From positions 139,013-203,012 of the forward strand of contig JAKMXF010000004.1 of assembly GCA_024704765.1 (NCBI GenBank): a stretch of 64,000 bases of DNA, written 5' to 3'. Positions 63,323-64,000 of the stretch are shown in pieces (the stretch's first letter is position 1; every line of letters begins with the position of its first letter). This DNA is from Oopsacas minuta. Taxonomy: Eukaryota > Animalia > Porifera. A model generated the notes under the pieces. It ran no database searches and had not been told where the DNA came from. It saw only the letters and a program-made list of their open reading frames with translations. The position numbers and the translations under genes are program-made.

Positions 63323-64000
63323 AAGGAGTCACGTTATCCACCACTGATTTTGACTTATGGACAATTAACAACGTCAAATTTACAAGATAAAAACAAGCCA
63401 ATGCATTCGTAAAATACCTCAAAACAAAAATCTACAATAATACGTTATTATACACTCGATGATGATTAGACCAATAATAATTAACATTTAAGTTCGGTCG
63501 AATCGTGCATCCCTGGTCCAAAATGCATAATCAGTTGTGAGGCCTTATGTATAATAGGCTATGACTCAGGGAATTATACTATAGTACTAGATAATAGAAA
63601 GAACATAAGAACAGAGGTTGCAGTTGCCATAGGCGTAACTGTGGGGGGGCTGGGGGGAGCATTGCCCCCCCATTTTACAATTCTTGCCCCCCCATCTCTG
63701 GAAAATGATTTATTCCACGAAGCGAATAGTAATGACAAATAGGAACATTAAAATTATTATCTGTTGAATAAATGTGTCACTACTACATTCTCCATCCATA
63801 AAAATCACATTCAAAGTTTCAAACTAGTCTAATGTCATGGATTTTTGGTACAACTATAGTATTGCACCGGAAGGTGATTCCCTTTTAATCGACACTAGGG
63901 ATTGTTTTGAAGTCATAGAACTCGTCGAATAATGAACAGGGAACTTTAGAACACTAAAATCGGACTAAATTTGACAAAGTTATAATCATTTTACTATATA

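Noticed and set aside
632-63422. Most 60-130 aa ORFs in the supplied track
   Set aside because: They are antisense or off-frame shadows of transposase remnants, or random ORFs in AT-rich DNA, with no recognisable motifs.
63628-63700. G/C-run segment as a G-quadruplex regulatory element
   Set aside because: It has the form of a common hAT-MITE end (CATAGGCGTAAC...GGGGGGGC...GCCCCCCC), and no partner end was seen within the window.

Overview
AT-rich eukaryotic, animal-like genomic DNA that is mostly decayed and nested transposons around two intact, intron-less host genes. The host genes are a stand-alone NHL-repeat beta-propeller (22608-23438, -) and TMCO3, a coiled-coil plus CPA2-type cation/H+ antiporter (45785-47737, -). 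The intron-poor, TE-dense style would fit a compact invertebrate genome such as a glass sponge, but that is a guess. I could delimit many elements by reading terminal inverted repeats (TIRs) and target-site duplications (TSDs) directly. They include a Ty3/Gypsy retrotransposon (99-bp LTR, tRNA-iMet primer-binding site) interrupted by a Tc1 and a Buster hAT, two P elements, a MULE, two Merlins, two mariners, Chapaev3, two Harbingers, several hAT lineages, a Helitron Rep remnant and several MITEs. Every transposase has stops, frameshifts or deletions. The most unusual observations are (1) a MULE transposase ending in an IAP/Neuralized-type RING finger, (2) a -1 frameshift-like signal (TTTAAAC, 7-nt spacer, hairpin) at the Gypsy gag-pol junction, hit exactly by the Buster insertion, (3) a KIAA1586-like ORF still bounded by TIRs and a TSD, and (4) an internally deleted P element that keeps an open THAP-only ORF. 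I see no rRNA, tRNA or CRISPR and no clear evidence of a wholly new multi-gene system. Family calls come from recognised protein motifs; no database search was run.
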